A stretch of 55,205 nucleotides of DNA from IMG/VR virus record IMGVR_UViG_3300003660_000066, positions 1-55,205 of that record; one strand, 5' to 3'. Shown piece after piece: positions 44,593-52,781 of this stretch. This stretch comes from a virus. Its lineage: Duplodnaviria > Caudoviricetes. How positions within the stretch are numbered: position 1 is the stretch's first letter; each line of letters begins with the position of its first letter. The notes beneath the pieces were generated by a model. That model saw only the letters and a list, made by a program, of their open reading frames with translations, ran no database searches and was not told the origin of the DNA. Position numbers and translations under genes: made by a program.

Positions 44593-44628
44593 TCCTCCAT
44601 AGGCCATTCGCCTATGGAGACCGCGACC

Positions 44629-44841
44629 ATGTCATTCCTTCAATCGATCCTGACCGAGAAGCAGCTCGCCAATTTCATTTTCTTCGGCCTTTGGCTCGGG
44701 CCGCTGACGATCGGCGGAATTATCGCGCAGATCTATCTGCAGATCGTGGAGGAGAAGGCGCGCCTGGCGCAGCTGCGCGGCCTGCGCGCGCTGGCGAGAT
44801 CGCGCCCCGCGCCGCTCCGCCGCGACGTCGGCTTCCTCTAA
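44629..44841 (+). CDS. Small single-TM protein
   Basis: FIFFGLWLGPLTIGGIIAQI; GGAG RBS. Confidence 0.65.
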   Translation: MSFLQSILTEKQLANFIFFGLWLGPLTIGGIIAQIYLQIVEEKARLAQLRGLRALARSRPAPLRRDVGFL

Positions 44842-44854
44842 AGGGGCGCGCGCC

Positions 44855-45109
44855 ATGACGCAGCAGCGACGCCGCGGCTTCGCCGCGATGAGCCCCGAGC
44901 GCCAGCGCGAACTCGCCGCCAAGGGCGGCAAGAGCGTGCCGGACGACAAGCGCACGTTCTCGCTGAACCGCGATCTCGCCGCCGAGGCGGGGCGCAAGGG
45001 CGGCAAGGCGCATCGCGCCAATCGTTCCTTCAACGATCGCGCCTTCGCGACAGAGTGCGCCCGCAAGGGCGGACTGGCGAAGCGCGGCGCCGGCAAGGGA
45101 AGCGCGTGA
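44855..45109 (+). CDS. KGG-repeat stress-induced-type protein
   Basis: RRGFAAMSPERQRELAAKGG, AGRKGG, ARKGG. Confidence 0.88.
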   Translation: MTQQRRRGFAAMSPERQRELAAKGGKSVPDDKRTFSLNRDLAAEAGRKGGKAHRANRSFNDRAFATECARKGGLAKRGAGKGSA

Positions 45110-45393
45110 TGGCCTTCAAAGCGCGACCAGCCTTTGAGCTCGAATACCGCCATGATCGGCGCAAGCATCGTCACCGCTGCCGGTGCTGCAACAAAATCGT
45201 TGAGGCGGGCGAGCGCGTTTTGATGGTTCCCAAGCGCAATGGGACGTGGGTGATCCACATCACCTGCGCAGACAAGCCTCACAGCGCCAACGGCACGTGG
45301 CGCGATGCCTTTGAATCATGGGGAACCGAGCGGTTGCGCAAATGCGGCTACCCCATTCCAGAGCACCCGTATTCAATGGTTGGCCGATCATGA
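45109..45393 (+). CDS. Zn-finger-like hypothetical protein
   Basis: CRCC...HITC; TGATG coupling. Confidence 0.6.
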   Translation: MAFKARPAFELEYRHDRRKHRHRCRCCNKIVEAGERVLMVPKRNGTWVIHITCADKPHSANGTWRDAFESWGTERLRKCGYPIPEHPYSMVGRS

Positions 45394-45539
45394 ATGCGAC
45401 CCGCTTCCATCTCGCGATCATCGTCGTCATGGCGCTCGCCTATGCGGCCGACTCGCTCTGGGTCAAGCCGCGCCGTCGTCATCTCGATTTCCTCTCCTCG
45501 CGCGATTGCGCATTTCAAGGAAGGTGTTGGATCAGATGA
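45390..45539 (+). CDS. 49-aa N-terminal-TM microprotein
   Basis: MNATRFHLAIIVVMALAYAADSLWV; ATGA overlaps at both ends. Confidence 0.55.
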   Translation: MNATRFHLAIIVVMALAYAADSLWVKPRRRHLDFLSSRDCAFQGRCWIR

Positions 45540-45628
45540 AAAACATCGACGCCATTCTCGTCGCCATCCTGCCGATCGCCGTCGCAGCGTTCGGACTCTA
45601 CTCCGCCTTTCATGGAGCGAACCCGTGA
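45536..45628 (+). CDS. 30-aa single-TM microprotein
   Basis: MKNIDAILVAILPIAVAAFGLYSAFHGANP; coupled at both ends. Confidence 0.55.
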   Translation: MKNIDAILVAILPIAVAAFGLYSAFHGANP

Positions 45629-45888
45629 GCGCGGGAGACGCTGCGAGCGGTTGGGCTGGCCCAGAGCGAGCAGCCGACAGATCACGCGAGTTCAACCGCG
45701 CCGTGATCGCCGCTTTCGGCCTGGTCCGCTCGTTCTGGCTGATCGAAGCCGGGCCCCGCGCGGTGATGATCGCCTGCCGGCAGGCGCATCCGCGCAGCGC
45801 CGCCGAGCGCGCCGCGCTCGAACATCTTCACGCGCTCGCGGGTCGCCTCGCGCCGCTGGAGCCGCCGGCGCTGTTCGGCCGTCGCTAG
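45625..45888 (+). CDS. Hypothetical protein starting with a copy of the structured repeat
   Basis: GTG start overlapping the previous stop; ASGWAGPERAA is encoded by the repeat. Confidence 0.5.
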   Translation: MSAGDAASGWAGPERAADRSREFNRAVIAAFGLVRSFWLIEAGPRAVMIACRQAHPRSAAERAALEHLHALAGRLAPLEPPALFGRR

Positions 45889-45904
45889 CAAAGGATTTTA
45901 CGGG

Positions 45905-46114
45905 ATGACCAGACAGGATCTGCTTGCCTTCGCGAAAGGCTTCAAAAACGGCGTGGGCGCCGGAGCCATTTTGATGCTCTGCGCCGCAGGCCTCGCCGGC
46001 TGGATCATGAACATCGCCGCGATCCAGCGCGACGGCGGCTTCAACGGCGCGACCGCGCTCCGCCTGATCGGCATCCCCTTCTGGCCGCTCGGCGCAATCC
46101 TCGGATGGCTGTGA
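45905..46114 (+). CDS. Two-TM small protein
   Basis: GWIMNI...LRLIGIPFWPLGAILGW. Confidence 0.7.
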   Translation: MTRQDLLAFAKGFKNGVGAGAILMLCAAGLAGWIMNIAAIQRDGGFNGATALRLIGIPFWPLGAILGWL

Positions 46115-46332
46115 TGACGCGCGTCGTCAACATCTACGCCGACGGGCGCCTCGCCTATACCGGCCCGCTTGATCGCGCCGCCGAGCGCTTCGACACGACC
46201 GAGCGCGCGCTGGCGCTGATCATCGACGGCGGGCTGTTTCTGGCCAATCCGCACGAGTCGCGCTTCTACCAGACGCCGGACGGGCGCTGGCCGCGCGAAA
46301 CCCGCTACAGCGCCAAATGGAGAGACGCATGA
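46114..46332 (+). CDS. Hypothetical protein
   Basis: Coupled starts and stops in the early operon. Confidence 0.55.
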   Translation: MTRVVNIYADGRLAYTGPLDRAAERFDTTERALALIIDGGLFLANPHESRFYQTPDGRWPRETRYSAKWRDA

Positions 46333-46613
46333 AGCGCGCGCCCCGCATCTCTCCCGCCGCCCATGCGACGCTCACCCGCCCGCTGATCTTCGAGGACGGG
46401 CGCTTCAACCGCGGCGCGATCAGCGCCAAGGCCCGCCGCGACTTCCGCGCCGGCCATGCAAGGACATGGTCGCAGGCGATGGAGAACGCCTGGGATCTCG
46501 CGCGACGCCAGCTCGAGAAGGCCCGGCAATATGACGCCGATCGCCGCGCCTTTTATCGCGCGCCGATCGCGCGCACGCGCACCGCACGCGACTTTCCGCA
46601 ACACGCCGCATGA
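46329..46613 (+). CDS. Hypothetical protein
   Basis: GRFNRGAI...WSQAMENAW; ATGA overlaps. Confidence 0.6.
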   Translation: MKRAPRISPAAHATLTRPLIFEDGRFNRGAISAKARRDFRAGHARTWSQAMENAWDLARRQLEKARQYDADRRAFYRAPIARTRTARDFPQHAA

Positions 46614-46891
46614 GGAACGCCATGGTTGCAGAATTCAATATTGCCGGCCTCACGCTTCTGCCGCTGGCCTATCTCTACATGGTCTACCGCGCCGAGTGTG
46701 AAGAGGCGCGGGCGATCGCGACGGCGCGACGACGCGCTCGGGAAATCCATCGCGCTTATGTCTCTGGTTTTCAGCTGGGAGTCGAGGAAGGCGAATACCG
46801 CGCCGGCAAGAAGCTGACGCCCGAGCGCTACACGATCGGCGAATGGTTCTTCGCCCTGCGCGACGGGCGCACGGCGCTGCGGCTGAAATAA
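46610..46891 (+). CDS. Hypothetical protein with an N-terminal hydrophobic segment
   Basis: ATGA overlap. Confidence 0.55.
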   Translation: MRNAMVAEFNIAGLTLLPLAYLYMVYRAECEEARAIATARRRAREIHRAYVSGFQLGVEEGEYRAGKKLTPERYTIGEWFFALRDGRTALRLK

Positions 46892-46917
46892 CGATTCCAA
46901 CGAAAGGCTGATGCGCG

Positions 46918-47703
46918 ATGACTGATAAGCCGAAGAGCGGTCTTCCGAACTGTCACGCGCGTTTCAGGGCGCGCTATCTCAACGCGCTGCGCGGACTGCT
47001 CAATGCGGCGCGCGAGATCGCCTTCGCGACGCCATCCGCAGGACTCTTCATCGAGCCGGCGGAGAAGGGCTGCTTTCTCATCGCCAGCACAGGCAAGGCC
47101 TTGGGAGTTATTCACGACGAAGAGGGATTCGCCAACAAGCCCTTTCGCGCCTTGCTGCCGAAGGAATTTTGTTGGCGCGCGGCGCCGCCGGCGCCCGTGG
47201 AGATATTCCTGGAAGGGCCTTACGAACTCGCGCTGCCAGAATGGGCGCAGCCCGGCGACGTGCACATCCTGCCTGTGTGCGCGCTGCTCATGCCGCAGAT
47301 GAATCACCCTTCCGTAGAGGATGAGGAATATGCGCCGGCGCTCGCAAACGCTCGGATCGAGACTGGCAACCATTGGCGCGAAGACGACTTCCGCCTATTC
47401 GAAAACGCATCAATTCCATGGCGAAAGGTATTCGATCGCGAAAGCGGCGCGCGGGACAAGCTGAACCTCGACCCTCGCTATGTCGCGCTCTTTCAATCGC
47501 TCGGCGAGGACGACCCGCGCGGCTTCGCGTGGGGATTTAACTTTGATTTTCCGGCTCGCGACGATCAGGCGGTCATAATTCGCGCGCGCGAGATGCCTGA
47601 ATTCGTGGGCGCCGTCATGCCGCAGAAGGCCTGCGAATACCCGCCGATGCCAGAGTGGATCGCGAGCGAGCCGAAGAACGCTGAGGAGCCGTCTGCGCCA
47701 TGA
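46918..47703 (+). CDS. Hypothetical protein, possibly beta-clamp-like fold
   Basis: LIASTGKALGV, IPWRKV and FVGAVMP resemble DnaN-type motifs. Confidence 0.45.
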   Translation: MTDKPKSGLPNCHARFRARYLNALRGLLNAAREIAFATPSAGLFIEPAEKGCFLIASTGKALGVIHDEEGFANKPFRALLPKEFCWRAAPPAPVEIFLEGPYELALPEWAQPGDVHILPVCALLMPQMNHPSVEDEEYAPALANARIETGNHWREDDFRLFENASIPWRKVFDRESGARDKLNLDPRYVALFQSLGEDDPRGFAWGFNFDFPARDDQAVIIRAREMPEFVGAVMPQKACEYPPMPEWIASEPKNAEEPSAP

Positions 47704-48245
47704 ACATCATGCTTGATCTAGAAACCCTGTCCTCGCGTCCCGACGCATGCATTGTCGCGATCGGGGCGGCGACGTTTTCTGAGGATGGTGCCGATCAGGA
47801 CCGAGTATTTTTTTCGCGGCGCAGGTTCTATTTCGCCGTGGACCCATGCTCAGCGCAAAATGCGGGCGGAGGCCTGGATGCGCGAACAATCCAGTGGTGG
47901 GCGAAGCAGTCAGACGCCGCGCGTGCGGCGCTTAACGATCGTTCCGCCGTCAGCGTCGAAGAGGCGCTGCGCCGCTTCACCCTCTTCTGTGAGCTATTGG
48001 GAGACGTGAAAGTCTGGGGCAATGGCGCGAGCTTCGACAATGTCGTGCTGCGCCAGGCCTATGAGCGGCTCGGCCAGGAAGCGCCATGGAGCTTCCGCAA
48101 CGAGCGCTGCTACCGAACCTTAAAGAACCTGCGGCCGGACATCGCCTTCGAACCGTTCGGGACGGCGCATCACGCGCTGGACGACGCCATCGCCCAGGCG
48201 CGTCACGCCGAGCGCATCCTCGCCGCGCTGCGTGGGCCGCAATGA
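47700..48245 (+). CDS. DEDDh 3'-5' exonuclease
   Basis: MLDLETL, WGNGASFD, HHALDDA. Confidence 0.9.
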   Translation: MNIMLDLETLSSRPDACIVAIGAATFSEDGADQDRVFFSRRRFYFAVDPCSAQNAGGGLDARTIQWWAKQSDAARAALNDRSAVSVEEALRRFTLFCELLGDVKVWGNGASFDNVVLRQAYERLGQEAPWSFRNERCYRTLKNLRPDIAFEPFGTAHHALDDAIAQARHAERILAALRGPQ

Positions 48246-49393
48246 CCAAGATCGAATGGGCCTCGCTCGGCCTTCCCAAAGGCGTGACCTGGAATCCGAT
48301 CCGCGCGCGCAATCTGCGCGGCGGCGACGAACAGGGTTGGTATTGCGAGAAGGTCTCGCCGGCGTGCGAAAATTGCTACGCCGAGAGGCTCAATCGAAAG
48401 CCTGGGGCTACTGGCGGAACCGGCTTTCCTTATAAGCCTGGACATAGGGGCGACGTCGAAATCTATCTCGACGAGAAGACGCTGTTGCAGCCGCTGTCAT
48501 GGCGGGCGCCAAGAGGCGTGTTCGTATGCTCGATGACCGATCTTTTTGGCGACTGGGTTCCGGACGAATGGCTTGATCGCATTCATGCTGTTGAAGCGCT
48601 TTGCCCGCAGCATCGGTTCGCGCATCTGACGAAGCGGCCGAAGCGGATGCGGGAGTATCTGACGAAGCCCATGCGGAAACGGACTATCGCAGAGCGCGTG
48701 ATGTGTGTTTCAGAGGCGCTCGCACGCTTACATGGCTTTAAAGCACGCATCGAAATGGAGCATTTCAGCAAGTGCTTCAAGGGAGACGGCCCGTTCTTAA
48801 ATATTTGGCTCGGCGTCACCGCCGAAGACCAGAAGCGCGCCGACGAGCGCATTCCGGATCTCCTCGCCACGCCGGCGGCGGTCCGCTTCGTCTCGATCGA
48901 GCCGATGCTTGGGCCGATAGATCTCTATAATGGAGACCCAGATCCGCGGCTTGGCGGACACGAGGCGACGCAGACCTTTCTTGGTCAATGGTGGGAGCCT
49001 GGCGACAACCTGAAGGGGCCGCCGCGGCGCGGTGTTGATTGGGTTATCGCAGGCGGAGAGAGTGGAGGAGGCGCTCGGCCCAGTCATCCGGACTGGCTTC
49101 GAAGTCTTCGCGACCAATGCCTCGCTGCCGAAGTCCCATTTTTCTTTAAGCAGTTTGGAGATTTTTCGCCGCACGAAATCCGCGATGGCGGCCAAATCAT
49201 CCCTCCCATGCCGTGCTTTGGCAACATCAAAAACTTCTATCGCTGGCGCGAAGGCGCATTCGTTCCTGTCGACGGACGTGAGAACTGCGTGACGGCGTTC
49301 GCGCCCGGAACGATCTCCGTCCGCATCGGCAAGCAGCGCGCCGACCGCATGCTCGACGGCAAGGAATACAGCGAATTCCCGGAGGCGAGATGA
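48242..49393 (+). CDS. Phage Gp37/Gp68 (DUF5131) radical-SAM-like protein
   Basis: TKIEW, CEKVSPACENCYA, FVCSMTDLF, LTKRP, SIEPMLG, WVIAGGESG, FFFKQ. Confidence 0.9.
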   Translation: MTKIEWASLGLPKGVTWNPIRARNLRGGDEQGWYCEKVSPACENCYAERLNRKPGATGGTGFPYKPGHRGDVEIYLDEKTLLQPLSWRAPRGVFVCSMTDLFGDWVPDEWLDRIHAVEALCPQHRFAHLTKRPKRMREYLTKPMRKRTIAERVMCVSEALARLHGFKARIEMEHFSKCFKGDGPFLNIWLGVTAEDQKRADERIPDLLATPAAVRFVSIEPMLGPIDLYNGDPDPRLGGHEATQTFLGQWWEPGDNLKGPPRRGVDWVIAGGESGGGARPSHPDWLRSLRDQCLAAEVPFFFKQFGDFSPHEIRDGGQIIPPMPCFGNIKNFYRWREGAFVPVDGRENCVTAFAPGTISVRIGKQRADRMLDGKEYSEFPEAR

Positions 49394-49656
49394 TGGACAG
49401 CCTCGAAGCGGCAAATGAGAACTTTGTAGGACTCGGCGCAGTTCCCGTCGATGAATGGCCGATTGAAATCGACGAAGAGGTCGAGCTCTATGTCGTCCAT
49501 TCAAACGCGCAATACGTCTCTAAAGTCGAGGATCTTTCCGATTGGTGCGGTTGGCGCCGGGGAAAGTGGATTGACCACAACGGCGGCGGCTGGACGTGGA
49601 ACGGCCATTGCGGGCGCGTGACGCATGTGCGGCCCCTGCGCGAGGAGGCGAGATGA
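49390..49656 (+). CDS. Hypothetical protein
   Basis: Flanked by the GGAGGCGAGATGA direct repeat. Confidence 0.6.
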   Translation: MMDSLEAANENFVGLGAVPVDEWPIEIDEEVELYVVHSNAQYVSKVEDLSDWCGWRRGKWIDHNGGGWTWNGHCGRVTHVRPLREEAR

Positions 49657-50360
49657 CCGGAACGCTCACGCTGGCGCGACCCATCAATCGCTCGAACGAA
49701 GAGCTCGCCATGCGCGCGCTTATCGTTCCGGAGCTGCGCAAGCGATGGCCCGGCGCGCGGATCATCCATGAATTGCCGACCCGCTATTCCACCAACCGGA
49801 TTGATCTCGCTGCGGTGACGCCGGACCGCATCATTTCCGTCGAGATCAAATCAAGCCGCGACGTGTCGGATCGGCTTGAGGCGCAACTGCATGCCTTCGC
49901 TCCTGTCTCGCATCAGACCATCGTCTGCCTCGCGCCGAAATGGCTAGAGCGACCGCCTGTCCTCCAAAAGCCCAACAAGTTTGGCGGCGTGAGCTTCATC
50001 ACGCAATGCTCAGAAGTTGAACAGATCATCCAGCGCGTGCGAAACGGCCGCGAGGGAATAAGAACATGGTCCGTCGACGCCGGAGCCGGGACGATCGAGC
50101 CGGATTACGAGAGCCGGATCATATCGCGCCCATGGACGGCGCGCCTGCTTGATCTGCTGCATGTCGCCGAACTGCGCGAAATAGCGTCACGCAAGCGCTG
50201 CGCTGTCGTTCATCCGCGCAGCAGGCATGACGAGCTGCTCGGCGGCTGTTTCGATACGCTGACGAGCCGCGAGATTGTGGCGGAGACATGCCGTGCTTTG
50301 CGGGCGCGGGACGCATTCGGCGCGGAGTCTGATCCGCCGATCGTTGGAGAGTCCGCATGA
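49653..50360 (+). CDS. PD-(D/E)XK nuclease-like protein
   Basis: IIHEL...RIDLAAV...SVEIKSSRD...RL..Q. Confidence 0.7.
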   Translation: MTGTLTLARPINRSNEELAMRALIVPELRKRWPGARIIHELPTRYSTNRIDLAAVTPDRIISVEIKSSRDVSDRLEAQLHAFAPVSHQTIVCLAPKWLERPPVLQKPNKFGGVSFITQCSEVEQIIQRVRNGREGIRTWSVDAGAGTIEPDYESRIISRPWTARLLDLLHVAELREIASRKRCAVVHPRSRHDELLGGCFDTLTSREIVAETCRALRARDAFGAESDPPIVGESA

Positions 50361-50569
50361 ACCCGAACCTTGTCAAATATCGTGGACCAAATCCGTGCTG
50401 GTGCTGCGAAGGAACCGGAAAGGCCTTCAATGCGATCAACATGGAATGGGATCACTGTCTGATTTGCGATGCGACGGGCGCGCAGCCACGAACACGACTT
50501 GCAAATGACAACGCCGAGAGCAGCGAGCCCCGCCCGCCGATCTTCCCCGCGGAGTGGCTGGATGACTGA
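50357..50569 (+). CDS. Small CxxCxGxG Zn-finger protein
   Basis: CWCCEGTG and CLICDATG. Confidence 0.6.
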   Translation: MNPNLVKYRGPNPCWCCEGTGKAFNAINMEWDHCLICDATGAQPRTRLANDNAESSEPRPPIFPAEWLDD

Positions 50570-51167
50570 CCGCCCCATAATCTTCTCAGCGCCAATGATC
50601 CGTGCGTTGCTCGAAGGACGGAAGACGCAGACGCGGCGGATCTTGAAGCCCAAGAAAGGCGTCACGATTGCCGATTTCGAGACGTGCGAGCCACATGCGA
50701 GCGGCATTGGAAATTGGATGCGTATTGGCCGCGACATGGTCCAAGAGCCACGATTTGCGCCCGGCGATCGTCTTTGGGTGCGAGAAAGCTGGAGCCACTC
50801 ACGCGACGGAGTTTGGTCGATATCAGACGCAAGGCTTTGCGGGCCTGGGGGCGCGCTCTATGCCGCCGATGGCCATTACGCAAAATGGTTTCCGTCCATT
50901 CATATGCCTCGCGAGTTTTCCCGCCTCACGCTGATCGTCGAGAGCGTGAAGGTCGAGCGGCTGCAGGCGATGAACAGAGGCGACGCGATGGAAGAGGGAT
51001 GCCCATTCCCCAACATGGCGAACGGCGAAAATCCGATCGAATGGTTTCGCGCTCTTTGGACTGTGATACACGGCGCCGGCTCATGGGACGCTAATCCCTT
51101 TGTCGCCGCCATTTCCTTCAGCGTCATCAAGGCCAACATCGACGCGCTGGCGAAGGATTCGCCATGA
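50562..51167 (+). CDS. ASCH/PUA-like phage protein
   Basis: RPIIFSAPMIRALLEGRKTQTRR, GDRLWVRE, PSIHMPR, WDANPFV. Confidence 0.8.
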   Translation: MTDRPIIFSAPMIRALLEGRKTQTRRILKPKKGVTIADFETCEPHASGIGNWMRIGRDMVQEPRFAPGDRLWVRESWSHSRDGVWSISDARLCGPGGALYAADGHYAKWFPSIHMPREFSRLTLIVESVKVERLQAMNRGDAMEEGCPFPNMANGENPIEWFRALWTVIHGAGSWDANPFVAAISFSVIKANIDALAKDSP

Positions 51168-51607
51168 CCAATAGCCAGATTTGCGCGGCCACCACCTTCA
51201 CGCAGGGTGACTTATCCCCCGATTCCCCGTTATCCCTGGAGGAGGCCGCAGCCGTTCTGTTGCGCGGCCTGGTCAAGGCGTCCACTCTCCGCGCCGCCGC
51301 CGCAAAGGGGGATCTAGCCATTGCGCGGCTCGGGCGCAGGATCGTCGTCACGCCGGCGGCGATCGACGTATGGAGAGAATTATGCCTAGACCGAGAAAGG
51401 GCCCGCGCCTCTATCTGCGCCCGCCAAAGCGCAAAGCCGGCGCCATCATCTCCCCCGCGCGATGGGTCATCCGCGACGGCGGAAGTGATCTTAGCACGGG
51501 ACTCGGCCCTGAAGATCATCGAGAAGCTGAAAAGCGACTTGCAGAATACCTCGCGGAAAAGCACCGGCCGCCGCGGCGGGAGCGTGCATTATCTGAAATC
51601 CCGGTAG
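51164..51607 (+). CDS. Excisionase-like HTH protein
   Basis: PLSLEEAA...STLR...RLGRRIVVTPAAI; overlaps the integrase start. Confidence 0.7.
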   Translation: MTNSQICAATTFTQGDLSPDSPLSLEEAAAVLLRGLVKASTLRAAAAKGDLAIARLGRRIVVTPAAIDVWRELCLDRERARASICARQSAKPAPSSPPRDGSSATAEVILARDSALKIIEKLKSDLQNTSRKSTGRRGGSVHYLKSR

Positions 51608-52518
51608 GCGACGTCATCGGACTCTACGTCAAGGACGTCGTGCCCGGGCAGGCGAGGCCGGAGAAGGCGATCGAGCGCGCGGAGCGGCTGCTCGCGTTCT
51701 TTGGCGAGAAACGCCTCGACGAGATCTCAGGCGAGCTCTGCCGCGCCTATGCCGAGCAGCGGGAAGGGAAGGGCAGATCCACGAAAGGGAAGGGCGGCGG
51801 CGCGAGGCGCGACCTTCAGGATTTGGCCGCAGCGATCAATCATCACCATCGGGAGGGGCTTCATCGCGCCTCTGTGCGCGTCGCGCTGCCGCCCCAGGGC
51901 AAGTCCCGCAAACGCTGGCTGACCCGCTCCGAGGCCGCGCGGCTGCTCTGGATCTGTTGGCGCACGCGTGAGGTCCAGGAGGCCGCGGCGACCGACAAGC
52001 GGCCCCTACGGCATCTCTGCCGCTTCCTGCTGCTCGGCCTCTACACCGGATCGAGGCCGGGGGCGATTCTCAACGCCTCCTGGTTCGAGGGCCCCAGCCT
52101 TTCCTATGTCGACCTCGCGCACAACGTTTTTCACCGTCACGCCTCCGGAGAGATCGAGACAGCCAAGAGCCAGCCGACGGTCAAATTATCCCCGCGACTG
52201 GCGTCGCATCTTCGCCGCTGGAGCAGGATCGACGCTGGCGCGAGCCCGAGGCCGATCTTCGTCGTCACCTACGCCGGGCAGCAAATCCAGAGCGTGAAGA
52301 CAGCGCTTAATCGCGCCTGCTCACTCGCCAAGCTGGAGGGTGCGGTCACCGCCTACACGCTGCGCCACAGCTGCGCGTCGTGGCTGGTCTCCAAGGGGGT
52401 ATCGACGCGCAAAGTCGCGGAATTCATCGGCACAAGCGAACAGATGGTCATCAAGCACTATGGCCATCTGGACCCGGAATATCAGGAGGAGGCCGTCGCC
52501 GCGCTGTCGAGAAAATGA
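51382..52518 (+). CDS. int: Tyrosine integrase
   Basis: LYTGSR, YTLRHSCASW, HYGH catalytic motifs; adjacent to the tRNA att. Confidence 0.95.
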   Translation: MPRPRKGPRLYLRPPKRKAGAIISPARWVIRDGGSDLSTGLGPEDHREAEKRLAEYLAEKHRPPRRERALSEIPVGDVIGLYVKDVVPGQARPEKAIERAERLLAFFGEKRLDEISGELCRAYAEQREGKGRSTKGKGGGARRDLQDLAAAINHHHREGLHRASVRVALPPQGKSRKRWLTRSEAARLLWICWRTREVQEAAATDKRPLRHLCRFLLLGLYTGSRPGAILNASWFEGPSLSYVDLAHNVFHRHASGEIETAKSQPTVKLSPRLASHLRRWSRIDAGASPRPIFVVTYAGQQIQSVKTALNRACSLAKLEGAVTAYTLRHSCASWLVSKGVSTRKVAEFIGTSEQMVIKHYGHLDPEYQEEAVAALSRK

Positions 52519-52590
52519 GAGTTTCCGGGGAATAACCGGAGTTTCACACGAAACAGGGCCGGCTCTGAGATCGCAAATCGTTGATTTTTA

Positions 52591-52666
52591 TGGTGGGCCG
52601 GGCAGGACTCGAACCTGCAACCAGACCGTTATGAGCGGCCGGCTCTAACCATTGAGCTACCGGCCC
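52591..52666 (-). tRNA. tRNA with CAU anticodon, probably tRNA-Ile2 (lysidine); contains the right att core 52591-52639
   Basis: 76-nt cloverleaf GGGCCGGTAGCTCAATGGTTAGAGCCGGCCGCTCATAACGGTCTGGTTGCAGGTTCGAGTCCTGCCCGGCCCACCA; lacks initiator features. Confidence 0.92.
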
Positions 52667-52781
52667 CGAGACGGGGACGCCCCTCCTATACCGCAACCCG
52701 AGCACGCGCAATATCGCCCCGCCTTTGCGGTCTTCCCTCGGCGCTTGTCATGAGCGGCGCCGCGCCTGTAAGGCTTGCCGC

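Larger units (their letters stand above)
11184..45669. repeat. Dispersed structured repeat family, ten copies (TCGCTC-hairpin-ACCGCTC)
   Basis: Cores at 11184, 12978, 17048, 19993, 33174 (+) and 17087, 17276, 22538, 23343 (long variant), 45645 (-); covarying inner and outer stems. Confidence 0.85.
522..52639. mobile_element. Temperate prophage (lambda-like head, Mu-like contractile tail) integrated in tRNA(CAU)
   Basis: 49-bp att repeats, integrase next to the tRNA, and complete immunity, replication, packaging, head, tail and lysis modules in canonical order. Confidence 0.96.

Noticed and set aside
11184-45669. The hairpin repeats as a CRISPR array or integron attC sites
   Set aside because: Dispersed, both orientations, no regular spacers, no cas genes, no RYYYAAC/GTTRRRY ends.
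52591-52666. Calling the tRNA Met or fMet
   Set aside because: Paired G1-C72 and no three-GC anticodon stem exclude initiator tRNA. The sequence resembles Ile2, though elongator Met needs a model-based check.
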